The notes under the pieces: model-generated
What the model was told of the DNA's origin: nothing
The model's input: only the letters and a program-made list of their open reading frames with translations
Databases searched by the model: none
Position numbers and translations under genes: made by a program
In this document: positions 43,901-55,320 of the stretch, in pieces
Layout of the letters: each line of letters begins with the position of its first letter
How positions within the stretch are numbered: the first letter of the stretch is position 1
Source: TPA_inf: Saccharomyces
Lineage: Eukaryota
Direction of reading: 5' to 3'
NCBI GenBank assembly: GCA_000146045.2
Contig: BK006947.3
Coordinates: forward strand, 320,001 to 384,000
DNA: 64,000 bases

Positions 43901-45717
43901 GGGAAAAATTTCATTAGTTCGTAAACTTCCGATGTGGCAATTGGATTGTTCTGCAATAGCGAGGTAGCTGGAAAAATGAATTTTCTTACATAGTCTATCC
44001 ACTTATCAATCGTAACATGCAGAGACTCAGAACCGTGGTTCTTTTGAATGTCAGCTACCCCAATACGTGAAATCTTACTCAAAAGCGTAGGAATTCTCCC
44101 CAAATACGGTCCTATGATAGATAAATAGATATGCGAGTTTTCAAATAGATCATTTACAGAAGCAAAAGGAGTCAAATTGGAATTCCACTCGCTGTAATAG
44201 AAGACGTAGCTTGAATTCAATTCAAGGGATTCAAATGGCTCGTGAGTTTTATATTTATGGATCAACCTTGGCTTATGGGCTAGAATACCATTATCTATAC
44301 GGGTTATCATCAAAGCAGTTGCCATATCTTTTGATTCACCAGATGAGGTCATTGATGTGTACAATGGATTTAAAAGATATTCAAATACTCTTCCCAAATA
44401 TCTAGATAAGGATTCACTAACATATAACACTTTCGGATATTGCTTTAACACATGTATCACGGGAATAACGCAACCATGTATGAGTAAGCGTTCCAAGAGT
44501 TTTATTTTACCAAATAATAAAATATCTTGCTGAGTTTTCTGCTTGCCTTTTGATTCTATATCAGCGTTTGTTTCCTCAGAGATTTTATCCTTCATATTAA
44601 CATCATCATTTACAACAAGGGCGTTGTCTTCGTCAGTTTCATTTTCAGTGGACAAAGCAGCTGCCATAGCCAAGGGATTTTCTACGCCTTTAGTGGACTC
44701 CTCTTCCAGTTCAGTTTCTAAGTTTTGAATATATTCTTGTAGAAATTCCATCTCTGGTTTAACGTTATCCCAAATAGAATAAAAATTGACAAACCCATTT
44801 TTCAGTAAAATGCAACACATATCCATATACCGTTCATAGTTTTCCTTATCGACTTCTTCGTTATATTGCGATAAATTGAATGAAATAATGTTTGCTGCAA
44901 TCATATTACCGCCTTCATTAAGAGAAGAATAATTGGAATTGTTAGCTACATGGCTAGATGGCCAAGAATCCGACTTTCGTAAAAGAGCAATAAAGAACTT
45001 GTACCCTTCAGTGATAAACTGACTAGAAACGTTCAAAATAACATCTAAAGTACGAATAGAATCCAAGGAATATTTCCCCATAATATGATAGATTTCTTTC
45101 AAATATGCGGACACTTTGGAAAAATTGTCGGGATCATAATACGCCAATATTAATAAGGCTACCAATTGACCATAACCCACTGAATTTTCTACCAAAAGGT
45201 TATATTTCTTCAGTTCGTATTTTGACTTTTTTAACAAATGCCTTAATAAGGTGGTTTGTTCCTTGTTGAGCAGCTTAGAGGATATCCAACTAAATTTGAA
45301 CAATTCTTCATGCAACGACGGTATTAGTTTACATAATGATATGGTTGTTAGATCATTTATATTTGGAACAGTGCTTGAGACGGCGATAAACATTTTACCA
45401 ACTATGGAAGCCTGGGACACTTGCCTTTCATGATTCACTAATTCATTAGTAAATGATGCAACATCAGAAAGCTTGAGGGGAGAATTTTCATCGTTTTTAT
45501 TTATGAAATCAAACAGTTCAATAAACAAAGTCCTCAACCAGTCTTCCTTTTCATCATTTGACTCCAGTGCAGTGAAATCGGAGCAGAGAGTTTTTGATCG
45601 TTCAGGCCAGTTTCGTATCACCTCTTCCGTTAAAATGCTTGCCTGACTAGGGGAAGCTGGTGGTATCACTTTTTGAGAAAGAGCGTTCAATTTGGAAAGT
45701 AGCGTCTGTTCTGCCAT
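40924..45717 (-). CDS. THO2: THO complex subunit Tho2 (Rlr1)
   Basis: The ORF-track entry begins at TTG 45771. The ATG at 45717 gives 1597 aa (MAEQTLLSKLNALSQKVIPP...). The C-terminal roughly 250 aa are basic and R/S/K/N-rich. Confidence 0.92.
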   Translation of the reverse strand: MAEQTLLSKLNALSQKVIPPASPSQASILTEEVIRNWPERSKTLCSDFTALESNDEKEDWLRTLFIELFDFINKNDENSPLKLSDVASFTNELVNHERQVSQASIVGKMFIAVSSTVPNINDLTTISLCKLIPSLHEELFKFSWISSKLLNKEQTTLLRHLLKKSKYELKKYNLLVENSVGYGQLVALLILAYYDPDNFSKVSAYLKEIYHIMGKYSLDSIRTLDVILNVSSQFITEGYKFFIALLRKSDSWPSSHVANNSNYSSLNEGGNMIAANIISFNLSQYNEEVDKENYERYMDMCCILLKNGFVNFYSIWDNVKPEMEFLQEYIQNLETELEEESTKGVENPLAMAAALSTENETDEDNALVVNDDVNMKDKISEETNADIESKGKQKTQQDILLFGKIKLLERLLIHGCVIPVIHVLKQYPKVLYVSESLSRYLGRVFEYLLNPLYTSMTSSGESKDMATALMITRIDNGILAHKPRLIHKYKTHEPFESLELNSSYVFYYSEWNSNLTPFASVNDLFENSHIYLSIIGPYLGRIPTLLSKISRIGVADIQKNHGSESLHVTIDKWIDYVRKFIFPATSLLQNNPIATSEVYELMKFFPFEKRYFIYNEMMTKLSQDILPLKVSFNKAEREAKSILKALSIDTIAKESRRFAKLISTNPLASLVPAVKQIENYDKVSELVVYTTKYFNDFAYDVLQFVLLLRLTYNRPAVQFDGVNQAMWVQRLSIFIAGLAKNCPNMDISNIITYILKTLHNGNIIAVSILKELIITVGGIRDLNEVNMKQLLMLNSGSPLKQYARHLIYDFRDDNSVISSRLTSFFTDQSAISEIILLLYTLNLKANTQNSHYKILSTRCDEMNTLLWSFIELIKHCLKGKAFEENVLPFVELNNRFHLSTPWTFHIWRDYLDNQLNSNENFSIDELIEGAEFSDVDLTKISKDLFTTFWRLSLYDIHFDKSLYDERKNALSGENTGHMSNRKKHLIQNQIKDILVTGISHQRAFKKTSEFISEKSNVWNKDCGEDQIKIFLQNCVVPRVLFSPSDALFSSFFIFMAFRTENLMSILNTCITSNILKTLLFCCTSSEAGNLGLFFTDVLKKLEKMRLNGDFNDQASRKLYEWHSVITEQVIDLLSEKNYMSIRNGIEFMKHVTSVFPVVKAHIQLVYTTLEENLINEEREDIKLPSSALIGHLKARLKDALELDEFCTLTEEEAEQKRIREMELEEIKNYETACQNEQKQVALRKQLELNKSQRLQNDPPKSVASGSAGLNSKDRYTYSRNEPVIPTKPSSSQWSYSKVTRHVDDINHYLATNHLQKAISLVENDDETRNLRKLSKQNMPIFDFRNSTLEIFERYFRTLIQNPQNPDFAEKIDSLKRYIKNISREPYPDTTSSYSEAAAPEYTKRSSRYSGNAGGKDGYGSSNYRGPSNDRSAPKNIKPISSYAHKRSELPTRPSKSKTYNDRSRALRPTGPDRGDGFDQRDNRLREEYKKNSSQRSQLRFPEKPFQEGKDSSKANPYQASSYKRDSPSENEEKPNKRFKKDETIRNKFQTQDYRNTRDSGAAHRANENQRYNGNRKSNTQALPQGPKGGNYVSRYQR

Positions 45718-46032
45718 AAAGTCCTGAAAATGTATACTGGTGCGAATATGTATCAACTGAAACCGTTTCACCCTATTATGCTTTAGATAAAGACGATAAA
45801 ATCACAGCCCTATAATTTATGCAACAGTGTTTGCTTCTAAATCAACGTGTTCCCTGGGCATAAACTCTCATACGTTATGTCGCTATTGAAGAAATAGCGG
45901 AAAATCTTACGCCGAAGTTAGCGTTGTCACCCGGGAAGAAGAGAAGAACATAAGCCTTCTCATTCAGAACATGTAAATAGTGGCTAAAATGGTTATATTA
46001 CACAATTCGAAACAGTGAAATTAAGAAAAGAA

Positions 46033-46412
46033 ATGGTATGTTACGTTCTATTGCGCTTTAGTTTGAATTGAAATCATCTTTACCATGGTACTAACTACGC
46101 TTGCGATGAATCGTGCAAGTCCGTGCGGCTTATACGTAATGCTAATACTCAAAACAGGCGGAAAAGCAGAGGCAGTTGAAGTTGCAGAAGATATACAAAC
46201 AAAAGTACATCGGACTGGGAGATGAGAGCACTACACGAGAACAGTGGCAGAGAAATGTGAGAAACGATACACTAAATACATTACAAGGCCACTCCGCATC
46301 TTTGGAGTACGTTTCATTGAGCCGAGGAGACCTTAGTATACGTGACACTCGTATTCACCTCCTGAAATCCATGTCCCCTGGCTATAAAGCCTACTTACGA
46401 GAAGAGAGGTAG
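46033..46412 (+). CDS. YSF3: SF3b 10-kDa subunit Ysf3 (SF3B5 family); spliced gene with exon 1 = ATG only (46033..46035), intron 46036..46157 and exon 2 at 46158..46412
   Basis: The sequence reads aaATG|GTATGT at 46033-46041. TACTAAC sits at 46089-46095 and the 3' site is aaaacAG at 46156-46157. The spliced product MAEKQRQLKLQKIYKQKYIGLGDESTTREQWQRNVRNDTLNTLQGHSASLEYV... is 85 aa. The motif YIG(L/T)GDESTT...W is the conserved SF3B5 signature. Confidence 0.85.
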
Positions 46413-46740
46413 GACGTTGAAGCCACATCCATAAATAATTTTTACATAAAATTACGCCTCGTATGTCGTTCTCAAGATTTATGGTAGAGATCACACTCAG
46501 TCAGTAACCTTTTAGGCATTGATTCTAGTAACTGTCGAACATTATTAACCTTGATGTTTATATAAAGATATAAAATGTTGGGACAGTATACAATTCATAT
46601 CGTTTAAAATGATCTATACATGTCGCGTGAAGTCATAAACAGGGATTTAGAAGTGAAATCTTTTGGTAGTATAGGGGAAAACTCAGCTTGAAACTTTTCG
46701 TAATTGAGTAGGCCAAGTTGCAACCGTGTGAAATCGAATC

Positions 46741-48321
46741 ATGCCTGACTCTAAGTACACAATGCAAGGTTATAACCTTGTTAAGCTATTAAAAAGGCTA
46801 GAAGAAGCCACTGCAAGATTAGAGGATGTCACCATCTATCAAGAAGGTTATATTCAGAATAAATTGGAGGCATCTAAAAATAACAAGCCTTCCGACTCCG
46901 GGGCCGATGCGAATACTACGAATGAACCTTCTGCAGAAAATGCTCCTGAAGTAGAACAAGATCCGAAATGCATAACTGCGTTCCAATCTTACATCGGTGA
47001 GAATATTGATCCGCTGGTAGAATTATCAGGAAAGATCGACACGGTGGTCTTAGATGCTTTGCAGTTGCTAAAGGGAGGCTTTCAATCGCAATTGACTTTT
47101 TTAAGAGCTGCTGTGAGATCAAGAAAACCGGATTATTCTTCTCAAACTTTCGCTGATTCTTTAAGACCTATCAACGAAAATATTATAAAGCTGGGTCAAT
47201 TGAAGGAATCAAACCGTCAAAGCAAATACTTCGCATATTTGAGCGCTTTATCTGAGGGTGCTCCTTTGTTCTCCTGGGTTGCAGTGGACACTCCCGTGTC
47301 TATGGTCACAGATTTCAAGGACGCAGCACAGTTTTGGACTAATAGAATTTTGAAAGAATACAGAGAGTCTGATCCTAATGCTGTTGAATGGGTTAAGAAA
47401 TTTTTGGCCTCTTTCGATAATTTGAAAGCCTACATTAAAGAGTATCATACTACTGGGGTTTCCTGGAAAAAAGACGGTATGGATTTTGCTGACGCGATGG
47501 CACAATCAACGAAGAATACAGGTGCTACTTCATCTCCTTCGCCAGCAAGTGCTACAGCGGCTCCAGCACCACCACCTCCTCCACCAGCCCCACCAGCTTC
47601 CGTCTTTGAAATCTCTAATGATACACCAGCAACGAGTAGTGATGCTAACAAAGGCGGTATTGGCGCGGTCTTCGCCGAACTAAATCAGGGTGAAAATATC
47701 ACTAAGGGTTTGAAAAAAGTAGACAAATCCCAACAAACTCACAAAAATCCTGAATTACGTCAATCCTCTACAGTTTCTTCCACAGGAAGTAAATCCGGTC
47801 CACCACCAAGGCCAAAAAAGCCATCAACATTGAAAACTAAGAGGCCTCCTAGAAAGGAATTGGTAGGAAACAAATGGTTTATTGAGAATTACGAAAATGA
47901 AACTGAATCTCTGGTTATTGATGCAAATAAAGATGAGTCTATCTTCATAGGTAAATGTTCTCAAGTTCTTGTTCAAATAAAAGGAAAAGTTAACGCTATC
48001 TCGTTGAGTGAAACTGAGTCATGCAGTGTTGTTCTTGATTCTAGCATTTCCGGTATGGATGTCATCAAATCCAACAAGTTTGGCATTCAAGTTAACCATT
48101 CCCTACCTCAAATCTCCATTGATAAATCTGACGGCGGTAACATCTATTTATCCAAGGAATCCTTGAATACTGAAATCTACACCTCGTGCTCAACTGCTAT
48201 TAACGTCAACTTACCAATCGGCGAGGACGATGATTACGTAGAATTCCCAATCCCTGAACAGATGAAGCATAGCTTCGCTGATGGTAAGTTCAAATCTGCT
48301 GTTTTCGAACATGCTGGTTAA
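46741..48321 (+). CDS. SRV2: Adenylyl-cyclase-associated protein Srv2/CAP
   Basis: 526-aa ORF with a central poly-Pro block ([11 protein letters not shown]), a WH2-like segment and a C-terminal CARP/beta-helix domain. Confidence 0.93.
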
Positions 48322-48594
48322 TATTGCGAGGAGCATTAATTGTATTTAGTTAAAAGAAATAAATCACATTTGAATCAATCAGAAAGAAAAGTGAATGAAT
48401 AAACAATTATATACTTTTTGTAAAACCTTTTTTTCATGTGTAACCTTTTCTTAAAGAAGTAACAGGAAAACGAGGAGCGACTAAGTGACTACTTGATCGT
48501 TCGAGTAGAACTTAAAAACAAAAAAAATTAAATATTTACAGTGTAAAGAGAGGCTGAAGATCAGTCAAAAGACGCGTGCAACAATACACGACGA

Positions 48595-50067
<1,473 letters not shown>

Positions 50068-50367
50068 TTAATTGTAACCAGTCTTCCGTACCAAAAAAGT
50101 ATAAAGGAGCTCCTACTCGATATATATTCGAATTAGTTGCACTTCCTCTGGGGAAACCTTCACCTTTTTGACCGTTCGCTCTCTCTTTTTGTATATCTTC
50201 AGCATAGTTCCTTAACTAATACTGCGAAGCGAAACGTATCCGGCTGCCACCATGAAAAGTAAAATCGTGCTTAACGAAGAAATCAATCATATAATCTATG
50301 AAGATGGATTGGCGGAGTTTATTAGAAGTTGCTAGCTGCTAGTGAAGAAAAGGGAATCGTGGATGTG

Positions 50368-51645
50368 ATGGTAGTACATTGGACAATTGTGGATGAAATA
50401 CGACTTCTTAGATGGGCATCTGAATTCAAACCGGCCGGAATTCATAAGCATTTCCACATGTTTTGCATAGTGGAAAGAATGAATTCGCCAGATAAGTATC
50501 CAGTGACGCTATTACAGAAAGAAACCATGAAGTTGGGGAAGGTATTTACTGCAAAAGACATATGGGATAAGTTGAGCCAATCTTACAATTTAGAGAAAAT
50601 TGATGAAATGGAGAATACATATTCCTTGGAAGCCACTACAGAGAGTTCACGGAATGGCAATGGAAATGGTGACGATGCAGAAATTCATGAAGAAACTTTA
50701 CTTGAATTGAATAATCGAATAAGAGTACGCAAGCAAGATTTTACATTACCTTGGGAGGAATACGGTGAGTTGATCTTAGAAAATGCAAGAAAAAGTCCAA
50801 ACTCTAACGAAGAGTATCCTCGAGTTGAAGATATGAATGAGAAAGATAGTACAATTCCAAAGGAAAGTCCTTCTACAGACCTAAAGAACGACAACAATAA
50901 ACAGGAAAAAAATGCGACAATTAAAGTGAAAGAGTTGCCTGAATATCATACAGAGGAAAATGATAGCCCCATAGACGTCCAGAAAGAACCCATTAAGGAG
51001 GTGCAAAGCGATGAAAAGGAACTCCAGAGGGAACATATGAGTGAAGAAGAACAGAAAATGAAAAGTACAAATAAAACAGCAGCTCCAGTAAGAAAATCTC
51101 AAAGGTTGAAAAGAAGTAAGGAAGTTAAATTTGAAGATGAAGAAAAGGAAGAGATAGAAGAAGATAATACGAAAGACGAAGAACAGAAAGAAAAGAAAGA
51201 GGAGATCCAGGAGCCAAAAATAACCCACAATGAAGAAGTAGATAAGGAAAAAAACGAAAACGAAGAAGGTGATGATGAGCGTGAAAAATCCACCTCTTAT
51301 GAAAATACCAATGGCTCTGAAAGCGAAGGAGTTGACGAAGGAGTTGACGAAGAACTGGGATACGAGTCTGAACGTGAGGCAGAAGGTAAAGGAAAACAAA
51401 TTGAATCAGAAGGGGGCAACTTAAAGAAAAAAACGGAAAACAAAAAAGGAGATGATCAACAGGATGATACCAAAAAGGATTCTAAGGACAAAAATGAACC
51501 ATTAGCAAAGAGAACTAGGCATTCATCATCCACAGGTAATACTAGCAATGAAACCTCGCCGAAAAGGAAAAGGCGGAAGGCAGGCTCTCGTAAAAATAGC
51601 CCTCCTGCCACAAGAGTTTCCAGCAGGCTACGAAATAAAAAATAA
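50368..51645 (+). CDS. EAF7: NuA4 histone acetyltransferase subunit Eaf7
   Basis: The ORF-track entry begins at TTG 50329. The ATG at 50368 gives 425 aa. The C-terminal half is highly charged, K/E/D-rich low complexity. Confidence 0.85.
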   Translation: MVVHWTIVDEIRLLRWASEFKPAGIHKHFHMFCIVERMNSPDKYPVTLLQKETMKLGKVFTAKDIWDKLSQSYNLEKIDEMENTYSLEATTESSRNGNGNGDDAEIHEETLLELNNRIRVRKQDFTLPWEEYGELILENARKSPNSNEEYPRVEDMNEKDSTIPKESPSTDLKNDNNKQEKNATIKVKELPEYHTEENDSPIDVQKEPIKEVQSDEKELQREHMSEEEQKMKSTNKTAAPVRKSQRLKRSKEVKFEDEEKEEIEEDNTKDEEQKEKKEEIQEPKITHNEEVDKEKNENEEGDDEREKSTSYENTNGSESEGVDEGVDEELGYESEREAEGKGKQIESEGGNLKKKTENKKGDDQQDDTKKDSKDKNEPLAKRTRHSSSTGNTSNETSPKRKRRKAGSRKNSPPATRVSSRLRNKK

Positions 51646-51881
51646 TCACTGCTCATATATAGATCGCGATAATAAACGCTCATCCGTTCCATAGAGGTAT
51701 CTGTATTTAATGTAGTGTAGCAGATATAGAATAAAATAACCTTAATGAAGAAATAGAATATACGTATGCTTCTCCTTGTCTAATCTTTTGTAATTATATA
51801 TCTATTTCAATTAAGGCTCAGATACTTACCATAAACATAAATAAAAAGCAGAAAGGCGGCTCAATTGATAGTACTTTGCTT

Positions 51882-52226
51882 TTAGTTGACCTTCAACAAT
51901 TCGACGTCGAAAACCAAAGTACTGTTTGGTGGAATCAAACCTGGGAAACCACGTGGGCCATAAGCATATGGGCCAGGGATGGTTAACCTAGCTTTTTCAC
52001 CAACAGACAACTTTGGAATACCAACATCCCAACCCTTGATGACTTGGCCGACACCGATGTTACATTGGAATGGAGAGCCCCTGTCAACGGAGGAATCGAA
52101 TTTTTGGCCGTTCTCCAAGGTACCGGTGTAATGAATGGTAACCAAGTCACCTGTCTTTGGGAAGGTGGCACCATCACCTGGGGAAATTCTGTCAATTTTG
52201 ACGTTACCTTCAATTACTTCAGACAT
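51882..52226 (-). CDS. FPR1: FKBP12 peptidyl-prolyl isomerase (FK506/rapamycin-binding protein)
   Basis: 114-aa [49 protein letters not shown]...[18 protein letters not shown], which is a canonical FKBP sequence. Confidence 0.95.
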   Translation of the reverse strand: MSEVIEGNVKIDRISPGDGATFPKTGDLVTIHYTGTLENGQKFDSSVDRGSPFQCNIGVGQVIKGWDVGIPKLSVGEKARLTIPGPYAYGPRGFPGLIPPNSTLVFDVELLKVN

Positions 52227-52450
52227 TATTACTTGTTTTGATTGATTTTTTGCTTATACTCGAGTTTAGGTGAAAGGCCTTACTTTAAGCTTTCACGAGT
52301 TTATCCACCAAATTCTTTCAACGACGTCTCTCTTCCGGCAATTTTTTTTGCCCGAAAAAGACTAAGGCGGGTGAGGGGAATTGAACGGCACTATAATGTG
52401 GAGGTAAACAGAATGATCAAGCGCTATATACATAAGTAGCTATAGATTAT

Positions 52451-53581
52451 TTATTTCAAGACGGCAACCAACTTTTCGCCAGAATTCCTCCCGTGCTTAA
52501 TATCATCAAGTAACTGTGGGATATCATCTAACCCGTTCTTGTAAACTTTCACTGGGATGTGGTGGATTTCACCATCATTGATTTTTGGATTGATGAACTT
52601 AATAAATTTTATGGCGGCTTCCTTGTATTCAGGGTCTGCTGGCAAAGTAAACGTGCCAAATGGGACGTCGTTACCTCCTATCAAATATAGAAGGGTTCCT
52701 TCAATACTGACGTTTTGCCTCCTGTCTTCCTCCTTGATATCTTTTTCGGTTAAAACGGTCAATTGAACGACCGTAGCGTCTAAGTCATCAGCGGCACATT
52801 TGTACACCTGTTGAATAGTTTCTGTGTTGGAGACACAGTCCACCAAGTAAGGAATGTTGTTGTACTTCTTTTTTATCTGTTCGATAACGTCAGCATCGTG
52901 GTAGTCAAAAAGTTCATCTGCACCGTACTCTTTCAACAATTTTTCATGTTTACGAGAAGCAACGACGATGATCTTGCTGAAACCGTTTAGTTTTTTTGCC
53001 AATTGAATAAGCATCTGGCCAACAGCAGTGGCACCACCCCAAAATAAGATGGGTTGATCTCTTTGCGCTTTGGAGGGCTTCCATGTCATGTCCAAGCCAA
53101 AACTATGTGTAAGGATCATACCAGCCGTGGTCAATGAGACTGGGAGGGATACTGCCCCTTCTAAAGATTTTACGGGGCCTTCTGGTAGCTTGTCTTTACC
53201 GCACAATCTAAACTCTCTGGCTGGTTTATAAGCAGTCTCGGATGAAATGGCAGAGTACTCAGCAAAGGCACCGTTTGAGGGGAACCTCACTGAAGCACCG
53301 TGAATAACCCCATAAATGTAATCACCAATGGCAAAGCGTGCAGCATCAACATTTGGGCCCAACTTTACGATTTGGCCGGCTGCATCACAGCCTAAGAGGG
53401 CACCTTGAGGACCAATCTTGAAATCAATATGTTTCCAATCGGTAGGGTTACCGGCAACGGCGACAGTCTTAATTAGAACAAATCCTTCTTCTAATTCAGG
53501 AATTGGAATGTCCTGTTTGACTACAGCCTTGCCATTTTCAATGACAACGGCTTTCATGGTTTCTGGAATCGAGGCGGACAT
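52451..53581 (-). CDS. MDR-superfamily (zinc-type ADH-like) NADH-dependent aldehyde reductase YNL134C
   Basis: 376-aa ORF with an ADH-like GroES fold at the N-terminus and a Rossmann motif GGATAVGQ. A Yap1 site lies upstream. Confidence 0.88.
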   Translation of the reverse strand: MSASIPETMKAVVIENGKAVVKQDIPIPELEEGFVLIKTVAVAGNPTDWKHIDFKIGPQGALLGCDAAGQIVKLGPNVDAARFAIGDYIYGVIHGASVRFPSNGAFAEYSAISSETAYKPAREFRLCGKDKLPEGPVKSLEGAVSLPVSLTTAGMILTHSFGLDMTWKPSKAQRDQPILFWGGATAVGQMLIQLAKKLNGFSKIIVVASRKHEKLLKEYGADELFDYHDADVIEQIKKKYNNIPYLVDCVSNTETIQQVYKCAADDLDATVVQLTVLTEKDIKEEDRRQNVSIEGTLLYLIGGNDVPFGTFTLPADPEYKEAAIKFIKFINPKINDGEIHHIPVKVYKNGLDDIPQLLDDIKHGRNSGEKLVAVLK

Positions 53582-53863
53582 GCTTGATATGCAGTATGAT
53601 ATTGCTTTTTGCTGTGTATAGTTAACGATTTTTTTTCAACTAGAATTACAGTACTAATCAAGAAGTGAGAGGAAGAAAACGGCAAAAAAAAAACTCTCTC
53701 CTTTTAAATCGAAGCATTGCCGAAATACCTTAAAAACGGTCTTAAATCCTTAACATCTGTCCTTACTAATCGATGCCAATCCAACGGAGGGAGCCCATAT
53801 GCTAGGTACTAAGAGTACGCAGGGGCGGAACCGCGCGACAACCGTAAGCGGATCCGAGGAACT

Positions 53864-53870
53864 TTAGTCA
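53864..53870 (+). promoter_or_regulatory. Yap1 response element (TTAGTCA / TGACTAA) upstream of YNL134C
   Basis: TTAGTCAGC lies 283 bp upstream of the YNL134C ATG. The YRE-A consensus is TTAGTCA. Confidence 0.5.
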
Positions 53871-54170
53871 GCAGGGGCTGTGATGACCATTAAAAAATTG
53901 CGGACACAGGTAGTGGAACGAGCAATCAATGTGATCAATTTGCCATTTCATTCCACGAAATGGTTTCCATTCTAAGCATGAATGCTTTGACGTTACGGGT
54001 GTTGGTTATTTCGGTTCTTTTTATTGCTTCCGTGGGCACGTACGAGAAGGGAAGATGAATAGAAAAAGAGTTTCCGAGTTTTGTATGTCCAATGTTTACA
54101 TAATTTATATAACTTGAAGTTTAATCTTGGCATAAAGCTCTAGTTGTGACGAAGTGTGTAGGCCATCACA

Positions 54171-54692
54171 TCAGTTCTCCAGTTTTCTACCCAATTTTTT
54201 TATGGATACCTTGATTTTTGGTTTAGGGCTGGATGTCTTTACGCCCTTTATTTGTGTTTTACTGCCCAAACTAGTGCCGGTCTCTAAATATTTTTCTGTA
54301 TTAGTAGTAGAATCGTTCTCCATTAGTAATGCTTTTTTTTTCTTTTCAAAATTGATTGCCTTGACGTCTAAGTAGTTATTCAGTTCTTTTTCCTTTTTTA
54401 GCAACTCATTCTTGCTCTTCTGGTAAAATTCCAGGTCCTCTTTACTCAACCTAGTAAAACTTTCACGGTCTCTCACCAAACCGTTATATTGTTTTTGTTT
54501 ACTAATAGCATTAGACCTAAGCTGATCTCGCAGGGACTTCCTGGTTTTCCTTTTATATTCCGCTTCATATTTTTTTTGCTCCACTTGCTCTCGTATCCTC
54601 TGGGCCTCTACATTACCAACTCCTTCTGACACGAATTTCAGTGGTTTTTTCTCTCTTGCACTATTAGCATTATTATCACTGGTAGATGACAT
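54171..54692 (-). CDS. FYV6: Fyv6, small nuclear protein (173 aa), basic and coiled-coil-rich
   Basis: 173-aa ORF with ATG at 54692. Size and position match YNL133C. Confidence 0.75.
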   Translation of the reverse strand: MSSTSDNNANSAREKKPLKFVSEGVGNVEAQRIREQVEQKKYEAEYKRKTRKSLRDQLRSNAISKQKQYNGLVRDRESFTRLSKEDLEFYQKSKNELLKKEKELNNYLDVKAINFEKKKKALLMENDSTTNTEKYLETGTSLGSKTQIKGVKTSSPKPKIKVSIKKLGRKLEN

Positions 54693-54868
54693 GATGATAT
54701 AACAGAGCCCACAGTCTTTTGTTGGAACCGCTTTCTCTAGGCTTCGATGGACTTACATCTAATTGCACATTCTCGTGCGTTTAAACGTCATTTTTCCCTC
54801 AGATTGGCAGTGCATCAAAAGTAATTCCTAGGGACGACAAAAAGGCGGAAAAGGTTTCAGAAAAATAA

Positions 54869-54959
54869 GCGGACTTAGCTCAGTTGGGAGAGCGCCAGAC
54901 TGAAGAAAAACTTCGGTCAAGTCATCTGGAGGTCCTGTGTTCGATCCACAGAGTTCGCA
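54869..54959 (+). tRNA. tF(GAA): tRNA-Phe (anticodon GAA) with an 18-nt intron 3' of the anticodon
   Basis: GCGGACTTAGCTCAGTTGGGAGAGCGCCAGACTGAAGA[aaaacttcggtcaagtca]TCTGGAGGTCCTGTGTTCGATCCACAGAGTTCGCA. The A box is TAGCTCAGTTGG and the B box is GTTCGATCC. It is near-identical to classical yeast tRNA-Phe apart from a C6-G67 pair. A downstream T8 terminator follows. Confidence 0.95.
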
Positions 54960-54969
54960 ATTTGAAAAA

Positions 54970-54977
54970 TTTTTTTT
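54970..54977 (+). terminator. Pol III terminator (T8) for the tRNA-Phe gene
   Basis: First run of 6 or more T residues downstream of the tRNA 3' end. Confidence 0.8.
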
Positions 54978-55130
54978 AATGATTACGCATGTGGATGTGT
55001 TCAGTATCAACCGATGCTCGCTTTTCCAATCAAATGATACAAGCCAGACCGAACATTGCATGTTTTCCATTGTAACTTCCCAGGTATATCTGAATTAGTT
55101 GTAAAAAGTAATAGTTTACCCGGAATCGTG

Positions 55131-55185
55131 TGAAAAATTTTGAAAAAAAAAAATGAAGAGCCAAGATACAATGAGATGAGATGAG
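55131..55185 (+). promoter_or_regulatory. RRPE (TGAAAAATTTT) plus a tandem GATGAG (PAC core) in the KRE33 promoter
   Basis: TGAAAAATTTT lies at 55131-55141, with a second copy at 54963-54973. GATGAGATGAG lies at 55175-55185. KRE33 is a ribosome-biogenesis gene; the elements are 140-190 bp upstream of its ATG. Confidence 0.55.
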
Positions 55186-55320
55186 GTGCTGAAGATGCAT
55201 GGAGATTCTGTATTTATCTCAAATAAAGTACGCAATAGAGTATATAAGCCAAGTCACCTTTTATATTTCTTAGTTTTTAACTTGCAAAGACTTATAAGAG
55301 ACTTATAAAACAAGGAGAAA

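Noticed and set aside
50881-51399. 172-aa minus-strand ORF rich in F/L/I inside EAF7
   Set aside because: It is the antisense reading of the AAG/GAA-rich (K/E) low-complexity region of EAF7. Poly-purine coding sequence gives a stop-free poly-pyrimidine antisense frame. It is not a gene.
54712-54730. Possible Ty1 delta LTR terminus (TGTTGGAA) upstream of tRNA-Phe
   Set aside because: Only the 8-mer matches. The following sequence (ccgctttctctaggcttcg...) does not continue the delta consensus (TGTTGGAATAGAAATCAACTATC...). No sigma, tau or delta remnants were found within about 400 bp on either side of the tRNA.
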